Assembly: GCA_015062485.1 (NCBI GenBank)
Contig: SUUO01000001.1
Location: 82,101 to 146,100, forward strand
From: Alphaproteobacteria bacterium
Lineage (GTDB): Bacteria; Pseudomonadota; Alphaproteobacteria; Rs-D84
DNA: 64,000 bases
Reading direction: 5' to 3'
The stretch's first letter is position 1, and the number at the start of each line of letters is the position of its first letter. Both the position numbers and the translations under genes were made by a program. The notes beneath the pieces were generated by a model. It saw nothing but the letters and a program-made list of their open reading frames with translations, was not told the DNA's origin and ran no database searches. Shown piece by piece: positions 62,234 to 64,000 of the stretch.

Positions 62234-62656
62234 ATGAAATTTAAGTTATTCGCAATTGGCGCGTGCGCGATGGCATTGGCGGCCTGTGATATGAATACAC
62301 AAAACCCAGATATGTTAAAGGGGAAACACTTTGTCGCGAACCAGCCGGGCGCGACGGTCGTCCTGTCTTTTGCGCCGGATGAAATGCGCGTTAATGGCAA
62401 GGTTGTAAACCTTTATAACGGCGCATACACCGCCGACGGCGACAATATCAAATTTGATGGATTCGCATCCACGATGATGATGGGTGAACCGGGCGCAATG
62501 CAGACCGAAACCGAATACTTTCAATTTATGCCAACGGTCACAACATATGAATTGCGTGATGGGACGCTGGTCTTGACGTCTGACAACGGCACCGAAATCG
62601 TGTTCACAATGGTTGAATCCGACCCACTGGCAGCCGACGCGGCGCCGGCGGAATAA
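62234..62656 (+). CDS. META-domain (HslJ-like) lipoprotein
   Basis: lipobox LAAC; duplicated META-like motifs. Confidence 0.5.
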   Translation: MKFKLFAIGACAMALAACDMNTQNPDMLKGKHFVANQPGATVVLSFAPDEMRVNGKVVNLYNGAYTADGDNIKFDGFASTMMMGEPGAMQTETEYFQFMPTVTTYELRDGTLVLTSDNGTEIVFTMVESDPLAADAAPAE

Positions 62657-62720
62657 AAACTTGACACGGGGCAAAAATATATGTATAATTTGCCGGCGTT
62701 CATATGAACACGGCAGTTTT

Positions 62721-62796
62721 GGCCCCATCGTCTAGAGGCCTAGGACACCGCCCTTTCAAGGCGAGAACACCGGTTCGAATCCGGTTGGGGCTGCCA
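62721..62796 (+). tRNA. tRNA-Glu (anticodon TTC)
   Basis: 76 nt; loop CTTTCAA; CCA encoded; terminator 62797..62835. Confidence 0.85.
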
Positions 62797-63038
62797 AAAT
62801 AAAAGACCACCTTTTGGGTGGTTTTTATTTTTGTTAAAGCAGACCCAACCGGATACGCCAGAGTGCCGATATTGGTGCGTATGCACCATATGAAAACGCA
62901 GTTTTCGTGGGCAACGCCCACAGGCACGCAGGGCGAATACGCAGACGAACAATTAGCAAACCTGCAAAAACGGATATGGTTAATAGAGTTTTTGCGTCTA
63001 GGTTTGATTATTGGTTGGCAAGGGGCGATGTTGGGGCT

Positions 63039-63056
63039 GCCAAAAATTCAAACCGA
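63039..63056. repeat. partial duplicate of the tRNA-Glu 3' end (gttggggctgccaaaaat)
   Basis: 18-nt exact copy of 62782..62799, preceded by gggcgatg. Confidence 0.55.
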
Positions 63057-63073
63057 CCTTTTGGTCGGTTTTT

Positions 63074-63640
63074 TTATCTTGTGATGTATTTTCTAAACTT
63101 TATTAAATTTGTAATTGTTGGATTGCGACCGGATATTGGCACATTGTATTTTATGTCTTCAACCACATAATTGTTGCGATTCAACATAGCCTTTGATTTT
63201 TCGTTCGTATGAACAACACTGGCGTATAATGATTGTAAATTTAATTGGTTCAGTGAATAATCTTCTATTTTTTTAATCGATTGTGTGGCGACACAAAGCC
63301 CCTCGTTTTCTTGGGAAACCCAAAACCAAATCTCAGCATCGTGCGATATTGGGCTAATATTATCAAGACCAATCATCCCCGCAACTGAATCATCGCGCAT
63401 AATAATAAAAGGTATATCGTATGCATCGTTTGTTATTTTATATTTTATACGCTTAAACGATACCGTACAAACATATGCCACCATAAACAAAACCGTACTT
63501 GAAAGGTTTGGGGTTACACCCTTGCCCGCCCAGAAAAAATATGGGGCCAGGCGTTCACGATTCTTGTCAACAATACGATAAAAATCGTGCGCGCATCGCA
63601 TAATCATTGCAAAATTTAATTTTTTCAGTTCAATTTTCAT
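63074..63640 (-). CDS. GNAT-family N-acetyltransferase (RimJ/RimL-like)
   Basis: GNAT-like core (GMIGLDNISPISHDAEIWFWV...); start at internal Met. Confidence 0.45.
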   Translation of the reverse strand: MKIELKKLNFAMIMRCAHDFYRIVDKNRERLAPYFFWAGKGVTPNLSSTVLFMVAYVCTVSFKRIKYKITNDAYDIPFIIMRDDSVAGMIGLDNISPISHDAEIWFWVSQENEGLCVATQSIKKIEDYSLNQLNLQSLYASVVHTNEKSKAMLNRNNYVVEDIKYNVPISGRNPTITNLIKFRKYITR

Positions 63641-63807
63641 AGTCCAGACTGTAGCACATATATACAGTTTGTCAATTTTTATATTCCTGCAAAATTTCTT
63701 TCCTTGTTCACAAAAATTGTGCCAGTTGGCGGTTTGTAGGTTGAGCAAAAAAACCATTGACAAAAATAGTTTTTAGGATTATTATTTTGCTCAAAACGAG
63801 GCACAAA

Positions 63808-64000
63808 TATGCAAAAAACATACAGAATTTCACAAATTTACGATATCGCAACCGCTTTTATTACAGATGCAGGGTCTTTCGTAGAGATTTCACATAAGGA
63901 AAATCATATTCAATACAAATTCACGCAAAATCTGTTGAATATGGGAAAATATACATTGACCATTACACAACCAATCGGGGCCGCCGTTAAACCAAGCAAA
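63808..64000 (+). CDS. hypothetical protein, 5' partial (runs off window end)
   Basis: ATG with upstream A-rich region; open frame to window end. Confidence 0.25.

Overview
This 64 kb window appears to come from an alphaproteobacterium-like genome (an LpxI-type lipid A gene, a histone H1-like KKPAAK-repeat protein, many Cys-rich secreted proteins with eukaryote-like repeats; possibly an intracellular symbiont, but not verifiable here). Housekeeping genes read clearly: gap, ABC-F, rpoZ, mtaB-like, dacA-like, holB, tatD, smpB, recG, M48 protease, acpS, corA, PHP phosphatase, rpsD, dnaB, birA, rlmD-like, two OM beta-barrels, lpxI, fabI, ligA, FKBP, a VirB11-like ATPase, and tRNA-Ser(GGA), Pro(GGG), Asp(GTC) and Glu(UUC). 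Three accessory blocks stand out. First, a ~13.9 kb low-GC island (3998..17890) sits at the 3' end of tRNA-Ser, bounded by an exact 20-bp direct repeat. It carries a large serine recombinase with a DUF2924 partner, an orphan phage TerL with a ParB-methyltransferase, and defence-like cargo. The key cargo gene is a 1260-aa protein with an N-terminal Mrr-like nuclease, a P-loop NTPase and a long repeat region (Avs/antiviral-STAND-like architecture). A HEPN/Abi_C-like protein and a hypothetical+DUF488 pair are also present. Second, a rearranged T7-like prophage remnant (about 33.7..46.7 kb) has its terminase split around dnaB. Third, a family of Cys-rich secreted proteins (one with ephrin-receptor-like GCC2/GCC3-type repeats) has conserved upstream leader elements and a duplicated two-gene cassette. 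tRNA-Pro and tRNA-Glu also carry downstream partial 3'-end duplicates, with junction sequence blocks shared with the tRNA-Ser island end. This suggests a family of tRNA-targeting integrative elements or their scars. No CRISPR array or rRNA is present.
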